A DNA stretch of 64,000 bases from an uncultured Pseudomonadota bacterium. GTDB taxonomy: Bacteria; Oederibacteriota; Muellerivitia; Muellerivitales; Muellerivitaceae. This document shows positions 9,887-20,410 of this stretch, piece after piece (position 1 is the stretch's first letter; every line of letters begins with the position of its first letter). Where the stretch lies: positions 192,001 to 256,000 of the forward strand of contig CAWJKT010000001.1 in NCBI GenBank assembly GCA_963843375.1, read 5' to 3'. Both the position numbers and the translations under genes were made by a program. The notes beneath the pieces are model-generated. The model was not told where the DNA came from, searched no databases, and saw nothing but the letters and a program-made list of their open reading frames with translations.

Positions 9887-9998
9887 GGTCGGCCTCAAAG
9901 ATTGGGTTCGCCCCAGCCCAAAGACCGGGGAGACAAGCTATCGAAAGAAGCATTCGGGTTCAAGGAGCAATTTGGAAGAAAAGAGGAAGTTTTTTTGG

Positions 9999-11417
9999 TT
10001 AGGAAATGAAGGCGTTATCCTTGAAGATTTTCTCGGCGGCGGATTGGCCGGAAGCGATGGTGTCGGGAATGCCGACGCCCCTCAAGCCGTTACCGGCGAG
10101 GTAAAGACCCTTGAACTCGGAGGCTTTCTGCTCCATGCGTGAAGCCTGACTCAAGTGGCCGGGCCTGAAATAGGACATGGAAGCATTGTAAATCGCCAAG
10201 TGTCGGGCGATGGGCTGATCCCGCAGGTTTAGGATAGGGTTCAATTCTTCCAGGATTTTTTCGATCAAATAGGATTCCCCTTCGGCTCTCAATTTTTGAA
10301 CAGCCACCAAGCCGAGAAAAACCCTCAAAAGCACATTTCCCTCTGCGGCGCGGTCCTCAAATTTCTGACTGGCGAAAGTACAGCCCACGATCAGCTTTTT
10401 TTCCCGGGAGGGAACCACGAATCCGAAACCATTGAGGGGATGATCCACGTCTTGGCGGCGGAAGCCCAAATTCAGGGTTGCCGAATCATGGGCGGGGATG
10501 CCCGATAAAAGCTTGTCCCACTCCTTGTCCAACTGGCCGATGAGAGGACGCATTTTGGAGGGTTGAATGGCCAGGACCACGGCGTCCACTCCTTGAGTCC
10601 GGCCGTTGGCTTCGATTTCCCAGGTTCCCTTGTCCGTGGGTTTAAGCGATTCCACGGGGCTTTGAAGCCACATGGACTCGGCTGGAATTTTGGAGGTCAA
10701 AGCTTCGGCCAAGGTTTGCATTCCTTTTTTAAAGCTTACAAAAAGGGAATAACGGGCGCCGGATACCTGGGCCTGGGCGTTCAGCCGCCGGGCGGCCATG
10801 GCTTTTAGAAGAGAACCGTATTTTATCTCCATCTCCTTGAAGCTGGGCGTACAAGCATTCACGCTCAGTTCATCCGGGTCCGCGTTATAAACCCCGCCGA
10901 TCAAGGGTTGGGCCAAGGCTTCAAAAACCTCGGTTCCCAGGCGACGGCGGACGAAATGCCCCACGCTCTCATCTTGGGGGTCCCGGCGAACCTTGATAAG
11001 AGGCTCCAAAGCCGCGCGAATCTTTCCCATGGGAGAAAGCAATGAGGTGGTCATAAGCGGCATTAAACGGGAGGGAGCCAGCAGGTAAAAGCCCTCCGGA
11101 ATAGGGTGAAGCTTTGTCCCTTTTAAAATGAAGGATTGTTTTAGGGATTGGTTGGTCTTGATGAGCTGGTCTTCGAGTCCCAGCTTTTTGCATAATTCCA
11201 ATGCCGCCGGTTTTTCGGTGATGAAACAATCGGGGCCCTCTTCCATTAAAAAGCCGTTCTCTTCGACGGAGCTCAAGGTGCCGCCGGCCTTTTCACCTGC
11301 GTCCAGGATGTTTAATTCCAACGGGATGTTTTTTTCTTTCGAAAGCTCCAATAAACGGTAGGCACAGGCCAATCCGCTGACCCCCGCCCCGATGATAGTT
11401 ACCCTTAACGTTTTCAA
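9999..11417 (-). CDS. hemY: HemY-type proto-/coproporphyrinogen oxidase
   Basis: IIGAGVSGL FAD motif, EEGPDCF, GFGFVVP, GVGIPD; lies in the heme cluster. Confidence 0.9.
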   Translation of the reverse strand: MKTLRVTIIGAGVSGLACAYRLLELSKEKNIPLELNILDAGEKAGGTLSSVEENGFLMEEGPDCFITEKPAALELCKKLGLEDQLIKTNQSLKQSFILKGTKLHPIPEGFYLLAPSRLMPLMTTSLLSPMGKIRAALEPLIKVRRDPQDESVGHFVRRRLGTEVFEALAQPLIGGVYNADPDELSVNACTPSFKEMEIKYGSLLKAMAARRLNAQAQVSGARYSLFVSFKKGMQTLAEALTSKIPAESMWLQSPVESLKPTDKGTWEIEANGRTQGVDAVVLAIQPSKMRPLIGQLDKEWDKLLSGIPAHDSATLNLGFRRQDVDHPLNGFGFVVPSREKKLIVGCTFASQKFEDRAAEGNVLLRVFLGLVAVQKLRAEGESYLIEKILEELNPILNLRDQPIARHLAIYNASMSYFRPGHLSQASRMEQKASEFKGLYLAGNGLRGVGIPDTIASGQSAAEKIFKDNAFIS

Positions 11418-11480
11418 ATTGTCTCCATTTGAAAAATATAACCGCGGTCATTGCAGGAGCCCCGCCGCAAAGGCGTCGGG

Positions 11481-12479
11481 CTACGACGAAGCAACCCCGG
11501 GTTGACTTATGGCTTCCTCCACCAATCCCGCCAGCATAGCAATAAAAGAAGGATGGGTACCTACGGTCTTGGCCCTGACGAGGTGCAAACTTTTCCATTT
11601 TGCCTTTTCTTGGGCCAGGATGTCGATATCGTAAAGCACTTCCACGTGATCCACCAAAAAGCCGATGGGGGCGACCACGCATGCGGACAGGGTTTCATAA
11701 GTGCGCTGTTCGATAAAGGCTCCCAAGTCCGGTTCCAGCCAGGCGTCTTCGGGCCTGCCGCTACGGCTGGTATAAGCCGTTTGGTAATAAGGAACTTCCA
11801 CTTTCGGCATGACGTGCTGACAGGTTTGCTCGAATTGAAGCGAATAGGGGGACTTGAGGGCCATCGCCCTTGGAATACTGTGGGTGGTGAAGATAAGTTC
11901 CGCTCGATGACGTTCTTTTTCCTCGGGAGTCAGTTGGGCAAAAGCTTCTTGAATATTTTGGGCAATGGCATTGATGAAGCCCGGGCGGGTATGCCATTCG
12001 GGAGCAAAGGTTATTTCGGGAACCGGCAGCCCTTGGGCCTTGATGGATTCTTGGGCTTCCTGCGCCTTGTTCACGTATTTATCATAAGAGGCTGGGCTGC
12101 GATGAGGCGCCATTATAATGGCGAAAATCTTGGTTTTGTTTTTCAGGGCCAATTCCCTAAGGGTGTCGACAATGCGAGGAGGGTAGTGGGCAAACCCTAA
12201 GACCACCGGAATATCGAGTCCACGGGATTTCAGAAGTTTTTGCAGGGCGTCACCCTGTTCACGGGTTAAGTGGTTATAAGGAGAAACACCCCCGATTTTT
12301 TCGTATTGCTTGGCAACCAGCTTGAGCCGTTCGAGAGGAACGCCCCGGCCTGCGGTAACGTCCTCTAAAAACGGGACTACATCCTCGGGTTTTTCCGGTC
12401 CGCCAAAGCCGATCAATAAAACCGCGTCGTAAAAATGATTCAAGTGATTCCTCGTGATAAAGGAATGCAAATCTTCCAA
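11481..12479 (-). CDS. hemH: Ferrochelatase
   Basis: GFGGPE, YEKIGGVSP, FTTHSIP, SRSG...WLEPD, PIGFLVDHVEVLYDID. Confidence 0.92.
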   Translation of the reverse strand: MEDLHSFITRNHLNHFYDAVLLIGFGGPEKPEDVVPFLEDVTAGRGVPLERLKLVAKQYEKIGGVSPYNHLTREQGDALQKLLKSRGLDIPVVLGFAHYPPRIVDTLRELALKNKTKIFAIIMAPHRSPASYDKYVNKAQEAQESIKAQGLPVPEITFAPEWHTRPGFINAIAQNIQEAFAQLTPEEKERHRAELIFTTHSIPRAMALKSPYSLQFEQTCQHVMPKVEVPYYQTAYTSRSGRPEDAWLEPDLGAFIEQRTYETLSACVVAPIGFLVDHVEVLYDIDILAQEKAKWKSLHLVRAKTVGTHPSFIAMLAGLVEEAISQPGVASS

Positions 12480-12533
12480 AAACGCAATAAGTTACTCAAA
12501 AGCGGGGAGTTATTGAAGATCTTTTGGAGAATA

Positions 12534-14474
12534 TCAGTTTTTCCAGTTCTTGACGGTTTCGATCATGGCCTGCACATTTTCCATGGGGGTCTGGGGCAGG
12601 ATACCGTGGCCCAAGTTGAAGATGTGGCCGGGACGGCCATTCGCGAATCGAAGTATTTTCTCGGTTTCCTTGCTGACGGTTTCGGGGTCGGTCAACAATA
12701 CCTCGGGGTTCAGGTTGCCCTGGATGGCCACGTCGCCCAATTGCTTCCAGGCCTTGTCCAAATCCATCCGCCAATCCACTCCGATAACCGCCGCGCCGGT
12801 TTGCTTGAACCAGGAATAAAAGGGTGCGGTTTGGGTGCCGAAGTAAATCACCGGAATGCTCGGTTGCAAACGGCTGAAATGAAGAATCAGCAGTTTCAAA
12901 TAGGGGAGTACGAGGCGCTGGAACTCCTCGGGCGCCAGGATGCCCACCCAGGAATCGAACAACTGTACCGCTTGGGCCCCGGCCAGGACTTGGGCGTTGA
13001 GGTAGGAAACCGTGGCCGCTACCAGCTTTTTCATTAATTCGTCCCAAACTTTGATGTCCGACAATACGGCGCGGGTTTGGTGATAGTCCTTGGAACCGCC
13101 GCCCTCGATTAAATAAGAAGCCAGCGTAAAAGGGGCCCCGGCAAATCCGATGAGGGGAATATGAGGCTTGAGGCTGGAACGGATCAAATGGATGGCTTTC
13201 ATGACGTAACTCAAATCGAAGTCGGCTTCCACGTTTTCCACCCGCTTCAGGTCCTCCCCGGAACGGAAAGGGTTGTGGATGACGGGGCCGCCGCTTTCAC
13301 CGAAGGATAATTGGAAACCCAGGGGTTCGGCGATTAGCAGGATATCGGCAAAAAGGATGGCCGCGTCCACACCCAGGACTTCCTGGGCGGTAACGGTCAC
13401 TTCGGCGGCCAGTTCGGGGGTTTTGCAAAGCTCCAAAAAGGAAACCTTGGCGCGAATTTCTCGGTAGGAGGGCAAATATCGTCCCGCTTGGCGCATGATC
13501 CAGAGGGGCGTGCGAGGGACGGCTTCTTTCCGGCAGGCTTTCAGAAAAAGATTTTCCTGGGAGGGGGGCGAGAGGGTTTTGGGTTCGCGGGGTTTGGACC
13601 GAAGGGATTCGGCGGCCTTCTTTTGGCAAAGTTCAAAAGATTTTTCCGCCACTTCCTTTACCAGAAAACCCATCTTGGGATGTTCCGGTTCCAGGTCGGG
13701 TTCAGGCCGAATTCCTTGAGGGCCTTCACTGCACACCGATCCAATGGAACCGATCACCATCCGGCTAAGAGCTTCCTGAAGTTCATGATTTTTCTCGAGT
13801 CCCTTGGCCAATTCAAAAACGTTGCGAATCTGTTGGGCGCTGGTGAAGAGAGCCACCGACGCTTCGCCATCCAAAATCGACTCGATCAGATGGGTCAGGG
13901 GTTTGGTGTCCTCGGGCAAGGCCCAACGGTAGACGGGCACGCTGGTGACTTCCTTGGCGCCCCGTTCCAATAAGGCCTCCGAAGAATTCAGGGTTGGAGA
14001 CGCCATATTCCTGGATGGCGATCTTCAAACCCTTGACGGGCCTTTGGGAGTCCAAGGCTTCCAGCACTTCCCGCCAGGTGTTGGGTTCGGGGACGACCAC
14101 CGAAGAGCGCATGTTTTTTTCCGTCAAAGCCTTTACCGATTTAGGCCCGCGGGCAACGAGCGAAGCGTGTTTAAAGGCCTTCAGAATTCGGCTGGGGGCA
14201 TAGTTGAGCTTCCAAGGCCTGGAAAAGCGTCCGGGTGCCCACGCCGGTCATGAAAATGACGATATCGATATTTCCTTGCTGGAGGTTCTCGAAAAAGTTG
14301 AAAGCCGGCTTATTCTCGGAAAGCGGAATTTCCCGCATGGAGGGGACAACTTTGGGAACACGCCCCGTGGCGGGAAATGAGGTCTTCCATTTCCTTGGCC
14401 ATGCGGCTTTCGAAAGCCGCGACCGTCAGGCCGTTGAAACCCTGCATTTCAGTTTCGATGGGTGTGGGTGACAT
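12534..14474 (-). CDS. hemE: Fused uroporphyrinogen-III synthase (HemD) / uroporphyrinogen decarboxylase (HemE); HemD part broken by several indels
   Basis: HemE part has WIMRQAGRYLPSY, IGFAGAPFTLASY and IFNLGHG. HemD pieces lie in different frames: GLTVAAFESRMAKEM, IFMTGVG, ARGPK, VPEPNTW, VYRWALP, FTSAQQ, PEHPKMG. Confidence 0.85.
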
Positions 14475-14554
14475 ATTCAGTGGGGCAGTATAAAAGTCAA
14501 AGGGCCGTAAATCTATAGAAGCCAAGGTTGGTTTTAAGAGAAAGGGGGACTGAT

Positions 14555-15424
14555 TTAACGAGAGGAATTAAGCTTTGGGGCTTCATCCAGGCATTCCACT
14601 TCCACCTGATAATCCAGCTTGGAAAGCACATCCGTGCCACGGAAGGTGCCGGAAACCGGGGCGGCCTCCAGGGGCGTGGGGCCCGCTGCCAGGGGGATAT
14701 GAAGATCCGACACGGCCAAGCCCCAGGTTGGATCATAGCCCCTCCAGCCCGCCCCCGGAAGGTAGACTTCGGCCCAGGCATGCAGCTCATTGGCGTCCTT
14801 GGAACCGGGGTCGTATTTGTAGCCACTGACGAAACGGGCGGCCAGACCCATGGACCGGCAAATCTCCACTAGCAAAACGGCTAGGTCACGGCAGGCCCCC
14901 TCGCGGCGGCGAAGGGTCTTGAAAGCGGGCAGGGCTTCCCCCTGGGAACGCACCACATGCTGGAACGAGCGGTGGATGTAATCGGTGGCGTGGAAGAGGA
15001 AATTGATAGCGTTGTCGTCGCTTTCATTCAAAAGCTCCTGAGCCAGATTTTCAACCGAGGGATCGGGCGCGGGCTTGAGGTAGGAAGCCAAGACGGAATG
15101 TTCGGCGCCGTACTTGCCGGGGAGCCTCAGGACCATTGGATCGGTGATGAGATAGTTAAAGGGATTGCTTAAGGTCGTGTCCACCCTGGAGCGAGTTTGG
15201 ACGGAAAAACTGGAATGCTTTCCGGAGAACCAAGCCATGGCCTCATGGTTGTTGAAAAGGTCCAGCGATTCGGAGAGGCCCACCGGCACGGGTTCCACTT
15301 TCAATTCGAAGGAATCAACCCTTTGGCTAAAGTCGCTGCGCGGCTTCAGGTGGATGGAGGTGGGCTCCAAAAAAACTTCCTTGCTGTAGGTATAACGAAT
15401 CCTATGGCGTATCTCAAACCGCAT
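14555..15424 (-). CDS. Transglutaminase-like protein with bacterial TG N-terminal domain
   Basis: IRHRIRYTY N-terminus, GACRDLA, ARFVSGY, HAWAEVYLPGAGWRGYDPT. Confidence 0.92.
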   Translation of the reverse strand: MRFEIRHRIRYTYSKEVFLEPTSIHLKPRSDFSQRVDSFELKVEPVPVGLSESLDLFNNHEAMAWFSGKHSSFSVQTRSRVDTTLSNPFNYLITDPMVLRLPGKYGAEHSVLASYLKPAPDPSVENLAQELLNESDDNAINFLFHATDYIHRSFQHVVRSQGEALPAFKTLRRREGACRDLAVLLVEICRSMGLAARFVSGYKYDPGSKDANELHAWAEVYLPGAGWRGYDPTWGLAVSDLHIPLAAGPTPLEAAPVSGTFRGTDVLSKLDYQVEVECLDEAPKLNSSR

Positions 15425-16166
15425 GACTCTCCCCCCATTTACGGGGCAACTTTCCCATGGCGTTTTCCGCCCATTGGGAAGGACAAAGCTCCACCGTTTC
15501 CCGGACGCGCACTTTCCACCAGTCCGTGACTTCCTTCAGGTCTTCCCGTTCATAGCGCGTTTCAGTCATTCGATTGGTGTCTTTTCGGTAAAGAACCATA
15601 TCGATGGGGAAGTCCACATCCGTTGCGCTGGTGCGAGTCGCCTCGAAGGCCAGGTACCCCACTTTCATCGCCACTTCCATGGAGGATTCGTAATGAAGGG
15701 CCCTATCCAAAAGAGGCTTGCCGTAAGCGGACTCGCCAATGGCGTAATAGGGCGTGCTTTCGGTCACTTCCACCCAGTTGCCCTGGGGATAAATGAGGTA
15801 AAGCTTGTGTTCCGTGTCGCTGGGCAGCTGGCCCCCGATGATGGAAAAAAGATTGAAACTATATCCCGCTTCCCCCAAGGCTTCCTTGTCCTCCTTGATG
15901 ACCCGTCGCACCTGCTCGGCAAAGATGTTCACGGCCTTATAAAGATGGGGATAGGTTTCTTTTTCATTCTCGAGGCGTTCATTGAAATAGGTGATGGCCT
16001 TATCTCGGGCGGAACGCAAGCCCGAGGTCATCAGGAAAAAAGGCTGGCCGTGGTTTTCGTGGATGGAAACCTTCCGCCCGGTGATCTGTTCCGTGCCGCT
16101 GGTGATACGGGTGTCGGCCAGGGCCACCAGTCCTTCTTTTATTTTCATGGCAAGGCAAAAAGTCAT
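15414..16166 (-). CDS. Proteasome-type Ntn protease (Anbu)
   Basis: MT start (Thr1 nucleophile), LADTRIT, IIGGQ, LYLIYPQGNW, IGESAYGKPLLDR; operon context. Confidence 0.88.
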   Translation of the reverse strand: MTFCLAMKIKEGLVALADTRITSGTEQITGRKVSIHENHGQPFFLMTSGLRSARDKAITYFNERLENEKETYPHLYKAVNIFAEQVRRVIKEDKEALGEAGYSFNLFSIIGGQLPSDTEHKLYLIYPQGNWVEVTESTPYYAIGESAYGKPLLDRALHYESSMEVAMKVGYLAFEATRTSATDVDFPIDMVLYRKDTNRMTETRYEREDLKEVTDWWKVRVRETVELCPSQWAENAMGKLPRKWGESHAV

Positions 16167-17158
16167 TGGTTGTTCCTTTCAGGCAATGGCTCGGTTGCCA
16201 TTTCGGCCCCCGGCTGGTTTGAAAAATAAATGGCGAACAAAGCTTCTCCCACGGAATTCAACTTGGCCTCGAAGCTGTCGAGATACTCATGCAGCCCAAG
16301 GGCAACCATCCCGCCGATGTCGGCGTAATCCAATTCGGATCGCAAGCGCCCCAGTTGCTGTTCCGCCGGGTTGACGTAGGTTCCCGGAGACGACCCGGTG
16401 ATGGAACGCATGGAGGCTTCGGCCTGGGTGATGCAAAAGCGAACTGACCTGGGAAACTCCCGGTCCAGCAGAAGGAATTCGGCAACCCGAAGGGGATGGA
16501 TATAGCTGTATTTTTTACGGAACATTTCGCTGGCGCTGGCGGATTTCAGCAGGGCCGTCCAAAGGATGTCGTCGTAGGGTGTGCCCACATCCTCCACCTT
16601 GGGCAAGAGGATGAAATATTTCACGTCCAGAATGCGGGCGGTTTTGTCCGCCCTTTCGAAAAGCCGGCCCATGTTGAAAAAGTGCCAGGCTTCCCCGTGG
16701 GACATGGTGGCATCCGTGACCCCTGAAAAAAGATGGCTTAAGATTTTCACGTTGCGGCAAAAGGTGTTCAAGGACTCAAGGCCCGAACCCGGATTGTGGA
16801 CCGCGCCTTGCACCATCAGATAAAAGCTGTTCAACTGCTCCCACATTTCCGAGGAGATGATTTCCCGCATGGTTCGGGCGTTTTCCCGGGCTTTATGGAT
16901 GCTGGAATATATCGAGTTGCGGTTGTCGGAGTCGAACACCAGGAATTGAATGACGTTGTCCCGACTCGGCTCGCCGTAACGCAATTCAAAATCTTGGTAA
17001 TCGCCGCTGGTTATAACGAGGGGTTGCCATTGTTGCTGGTCGTTCAAAGGAGTGTCCAATATGAGGTTCAAGTTGACCCCGATAAAACGGGCGACATTTT
17101 CCGCCCGTTCCACATAACGGCCTGTCCAGAAGAGTGAATCGGCAAGGCGACTTAGCAT
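16163..17158 (-). CDS. Alpha-E domain protein (DUF403)
   Basis: [27 protein letters not shown]...[22 protein letters not shown]. Confidence 0.92.
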   Translation of the reverse strand: MLSRLADSLFWTGRYVERAENVARFIGVNLNLILDTPLNDQQQWQPLVITSGDYQDFELRYGEPSRDNVIQFLVFDSDNRNSIYSSIHKARENARTMREIISSEMWEQLNSFYLMVQGAVHNPGSGLESLNTFCRNVKILSHLFSGVTDATMSHGEAWHFFNMGRLFERADKTARILDVKYFILLPKVEDVGTPYDDILWTALLKSASASEMFRKKYSYIHPLRVAEFLLLDREFPRSVRFCITQAEASMRSITGSSPGTYVNPAEQQLGRLRSELDYADIGGMVALGLHEYLDSFEAKLNSVGEALFAIYFSNQPGAEMATEPLPERNNQ

Positions 17159-18606
17159 GGGGCCCCTTCCGGTTTGGCATCCAGCACCCAGGTATCCTTA
17201 CTGCCGCCACCCTGGGAAGAGTTGACCACCAGGGAGCCTTTTTTCAAAGCCACCCTGGTAAGCCCGCCCGGCAAGACATAAACACTGCGTCCATAAAGAA
17301 CATAAGGCCGCAAATCCACATGACGTCCCTCAAAATGGTCGTCCACAATGACGGGTACGCGGGAAAGGGCGAGGGTAGGCTGGGCGATGTAATCGCGGGG
17401 ATGAGCCACGATGAGCTTCGCGAATTTTTCCTGTTCGGCCTTGGTGGAATGGGGCCCCACTAACATGCCGTAGCCCCCCGCCTGGTTGACGGCCTTGACC
17501 ACCACTTTGTCGAGGTTCTCCAGGACATATTTGCGCTGGTCTTCTTCCCAACAAACATAGGTAGGGACGTTGGGAAGTATGGGGTCTTCCTGCAGGTAAA
17601 ATTTGATCATGTTGGGCACATAAGCGTAGATGCCTTTGTCGTCGGCGATTCCCGTGCCGATGGCATTGGCCAGGGCCACCCGGCCCTTGCGATAGACTTC
17701 CATGATTCCGGGTATCCCCAAGGTGGAATCGGGCTTAAAGGCCAGTGGATCGATGAATTCGTCGTCCACGCGGCGGTAAATGACGTCCACGCGTTCATAA
17801 CCCTTGGTCGTGCGAAGTTTCACATAACCGTCCGAGACGACCAGATCCCGGCCTTCAACCAGTTGGGCTCCCATTTGCTGGGCCAGGAAAGCGTGCTCGA
17901 AATAGGCGGAGTTATAGGGACCGGGCGTCAGGACGACCACCCGGGGGGAAGCAAAATCGGTCGGCGCGGAATAACGCAAGGTATCCAGCAAACGCAGGGG
18001 GTAATCGTCCACGGGTTTAACCGACATGTCTTGAAAAGCCTGGGGCAAGGTTCGCTTGAGCACGTTGCGGTTTTCCAAAACATAGGATACCCCGGATGGA
18101 CAGCGAAGGTTGTCTTCCAGCACGTAATAATGGCCGTCCTTGTCGCGAACAAGGTCGGTGCCCGTGATATGAATCCAAATTCTGCGCGGCGGGGTAAGTC
18201 CAACACATTGGCTTCGATAACCGAAGGAGGATAGAACGACCTCTTTGGGGATAACATTGTCCTTAAGGATCTGTTGGGAGTGGTAAATATCATCGATGAA
18301 AAGGTTGAGGGCTTGGATTCGCTGGATGAGGCCCTTCTCGATAACCTGCCATTCCGGATTGGACACGATGCGGGGAATGATGTCAAAAGGGAAAATTTTT
18401 TCCGTACCGTCTTTGTTGCCGTATACCGTGAAGGTAATGCCCATCTGGAGGAACTCGCTCTCGGCGGCTTTCTGCTGCCGGATCAAGTCGCTGTGGGACA
18501 TGGCCTTGAGGCGCTGGATGAGGGGCGCCACCATGGAGCGGGGCTTGCCCGAATTCTCAAAAAGTTCGTCATAAAAAGAACCGGTATCGTAATTTTGGAA
18601 ATCCAT
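17152..18606 (-). CDS. Circularly permuted ATP-grasp type 2 protein (DUF404/DUF407)
   Basis: [44 protein letters not shown]...[13 protein letters not shown]. Confidence 0.93.
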   Translation of the reverse strand: MDFQNYDTGSFYDELFENSGKPRSMVAPLIQRLKAMSHSDLIRQQKAAESEFLQMGITFTVYGNKDGTEKIFPFDIIPRIVSNPEWQVIEKGLIQRIQALNLFIDDIYHSQQILKDNVIPKEVVLSSFGYRSQCVGLTPPRRIWIHITGTDLVRDKDGHYYVLEDNLRCPSGVSYVLENRNVLKRTLPQAFQDMSVKPVDDYPLRLLDTLRYSAPTDFASPRVVVLTPGPYNSAYFEHAFLAQQMGAQLVEGRDLVVSDGYVKLRTTKGYERVDVIYRRVDDEFIDPLAFKPDSTLGIPGIMEVYRKGRVALANAIGTGIADDKGIYAYVPNMIKFYLQEDPILPNVPTYVCWEEDQRKYVLENLDKVVVKAVNQAGGYGMLVGPHSTKAEQEKFAKLIVAHPRDYIAQPTLALSRVPVIVDDHFEGRHVDLRPYVLYGRSVYVLPGGLTRVALKKGSLVVNSSQGGGSKDTWVLDAKPEGAPC

Positions 18607-18642
18607 GGGATATCCTTTCTAGCACCTTTACTCCAAGATTAG

Positions 18643-18658
18643 GCAATTAAGGGGCCAA
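18643..18658 (-). promoter_or_regulatory. sigma54 (-24/-12) promoter for the ATP-grasp/Anbu operon
   Basis: Minus strand reads TTGGCCCCTTAATTGC (TGGC-N7-TTGC), about 36 nt before the ATG at 18606. Confidence 0.7.
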
Positions 18659-18709
18659 ATAGGGCCTTGAAAAGAGGCTCAAAATCCTTGTTTTAAAAAG
18701 GGAAGGCGG

Positions 18710-18738
18710 ACAATTTTGGACCCCCTGCACAAAATTGT
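18710..18738. promoter_or_regulatory. Candidate enhancer (bEBP-binding) inverted repeat
   Basis: ACAATTTTG-N11-CAAAATTGT perfect 9-bp inverted repeat overlapping a TGCAC half-site, about 50-80 bp upstream of the -24 element. Confidence 0.5.
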
Positions 18739-18812
18739 TAATAGAACAAGACCGGTTGTTTTCAGCGGCTCGTCAGGTCATCGTTTAAGATAGGTGGTCA
18801 AAGGGGATAACG

Positions 18813-19390
18813 ATGAAGAAAATCGCGCTTCTTTTTCTCAATGGAATCTCACTGGGTTTAGGGATCGGTCTTTGCTTGGCGGGGCTGGTGGGAGTGGTCT
18901 ACCGGGAAACGCAAAGTGGACCCCCTGGCCTCCATCCGGGTGCGGGGACGGCTTATTTTTGGGTGGTGGGCGGTTTGATGGGTTTTTTCGGGGGCTGGTG
19001 TTTTTTCCTTCAAATGATGTTGGGAAATCTTTTGGTGTCCCTTTTTGTGAAAGTCGCGGATCTCATTCCCTTGCCCGCCCAAGTCGTGGGGGCGGAATGG
19101 GCCAAGAAGATGGAAATTTTCTTTCGGGAAATCATCCAGCCCTTTCCCGGTTTTTTCCGGAAGTTTATCGAGTGGATATTCATCCTGCGTTTCGAGGATT
19201 ATGGTCGAATTAATCGGGCTTTGGAAAAAGCGAAGAAAAAGGGCGGGACGCAAGCCGACGACCCCTCAATGGATGTTGATGGTGATTCTTCATTATCTCT
19301 TGGAGCCGCTTTGGCTCCTCTTTTACACGGTCTATGTTATCCTTTTGCTGATCAGCTGTGTTTTTTGGAGCTTTCCGTTTTTTCAAGTGA
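18813..19390 (+). CDS. Hypothetical membrane protein (frameshift near 19260; end approximate)
   Basis: Hydrophobic helices in ORF 18813; a further TM segment continues in ORF 19201..19488. Confidence 0.55.
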
Positions 19391-19403
19391 AAGGACGGGG
19401 CTT

Positions 19404-20187
19404 TTGGGCGACGCAAATTACGAAAAATGGAAATTGCTTCAGTCCCATTGGGATGATGACGAATATCTCAAGTCCCTTACGCCCCTGATGAAGCTTCGGT
19501 ACAAGCGTCTGGATGAGAAGATCGAAGCTATTCTGGATCAAAACTTCCATGAGACGGGAGCCATCAAAGAGCCGGCCGCTTCTGCTTGATATCGGCGCGG
19601 GGCGCGGCGAGTTCGCTTTGTTTTTGCAGGGACGAGGAAGGTCAAGGGTTTGGAACTACATAGGTTTCGAGCCTTCCGGTGAGCAATTAAAACAAAGGGA
19701 CATTTCCGAGTTTGGCATGGGGTTCGTGCAAGGGATGGCCGAAGGTATCCCGGTCCAGGACATGACGGCCCACGGCATCGTGGTGAAGGAAGTCATTGAT
19801 CATTGTTATGATCCGGCTGGAGTTTTTCGCGAAGCAAAACGGTTATTGAAGCCCGGCGGGATACTTGTGGTGTCCGTCACGAATGACAAGTCCTATTTCA
19901 AGCTGTTTTTGCCTTTCGTCAACAAAGCTCGAAAGTCCAAACAAACCGATCATCTTTTCTTTTTTGGCCCTGGTGATTTAAAAAAGCTCGCCGAGGAAGC
20001 CAAGTTTGACAGGGTTTCGGTTGAAACCTATAATTACTTGAAATTACCGCGAGTCTTTGAACAAGTCCTAAGTTTCTTGGGTCCGTCCATCAATCGTTCG
20101 ATTCTCAATGTAACGGATGCGATTGGCAAAGTCCTCCTGCCCGGCTTAGGCGGGGGGATCATCCTCAAGGCCACAAAGAAGATTTAA
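19404..20187 (+). CDS. Class I SAM-dependent methyltransferase (frameshift near 19570)
   Basis: LLDIGAGRG motif I, GMAEGIP, VIDHCYDP...LLKPGG. The probable N-terminus (TTG 19404) is in the frame of ORF 18813. Confidence 0.8.
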
Positions 20188-20245
20188 GTTCGGATTATTT
20201 AATGCGATTTAAAAAAAGATTAAATCCTGAAACAAAGGGGACGCC

Positions 20246-20410
20246 GTGATTTCACAAGATTTGTTGAATATTTTGATCTGTCCCGCCTGCGGGTCGGCTG
20301 TGCGCGAGAAGGATAATGCCATCGAATGTACCGCCTGTAAGAAACGTTACCCTGTGGAAAATGGTATACCCGTGATGCTCGTTGAACGTGCGGAAAAGCC
20401 CAAAAAGTAA
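20246..20410 (+). CDS. Trm112/YcaR family small zinc-ribbon protein (54 aa)
   Basis: Manual translation MISQDLLNILICPACGSAVREKDNAIECTACKKRYPVENGIPVMLVERAEKPKK; below the ORF-track length cutoff. Confidence 0.88.
   Translation: MISQDLLNILICPACGSAVREKDNAIECTACKKRYPVENGIPVMLVERAEKPKK

Noticed and set aside
13700..14400. Programmed frameshifting or pseudogenisation of hemD
   Set aside because: Several scattered indels, including an apparently compensating pair near 13700-13725, with no slippery-site pattern. This matches the window-wide error signature.
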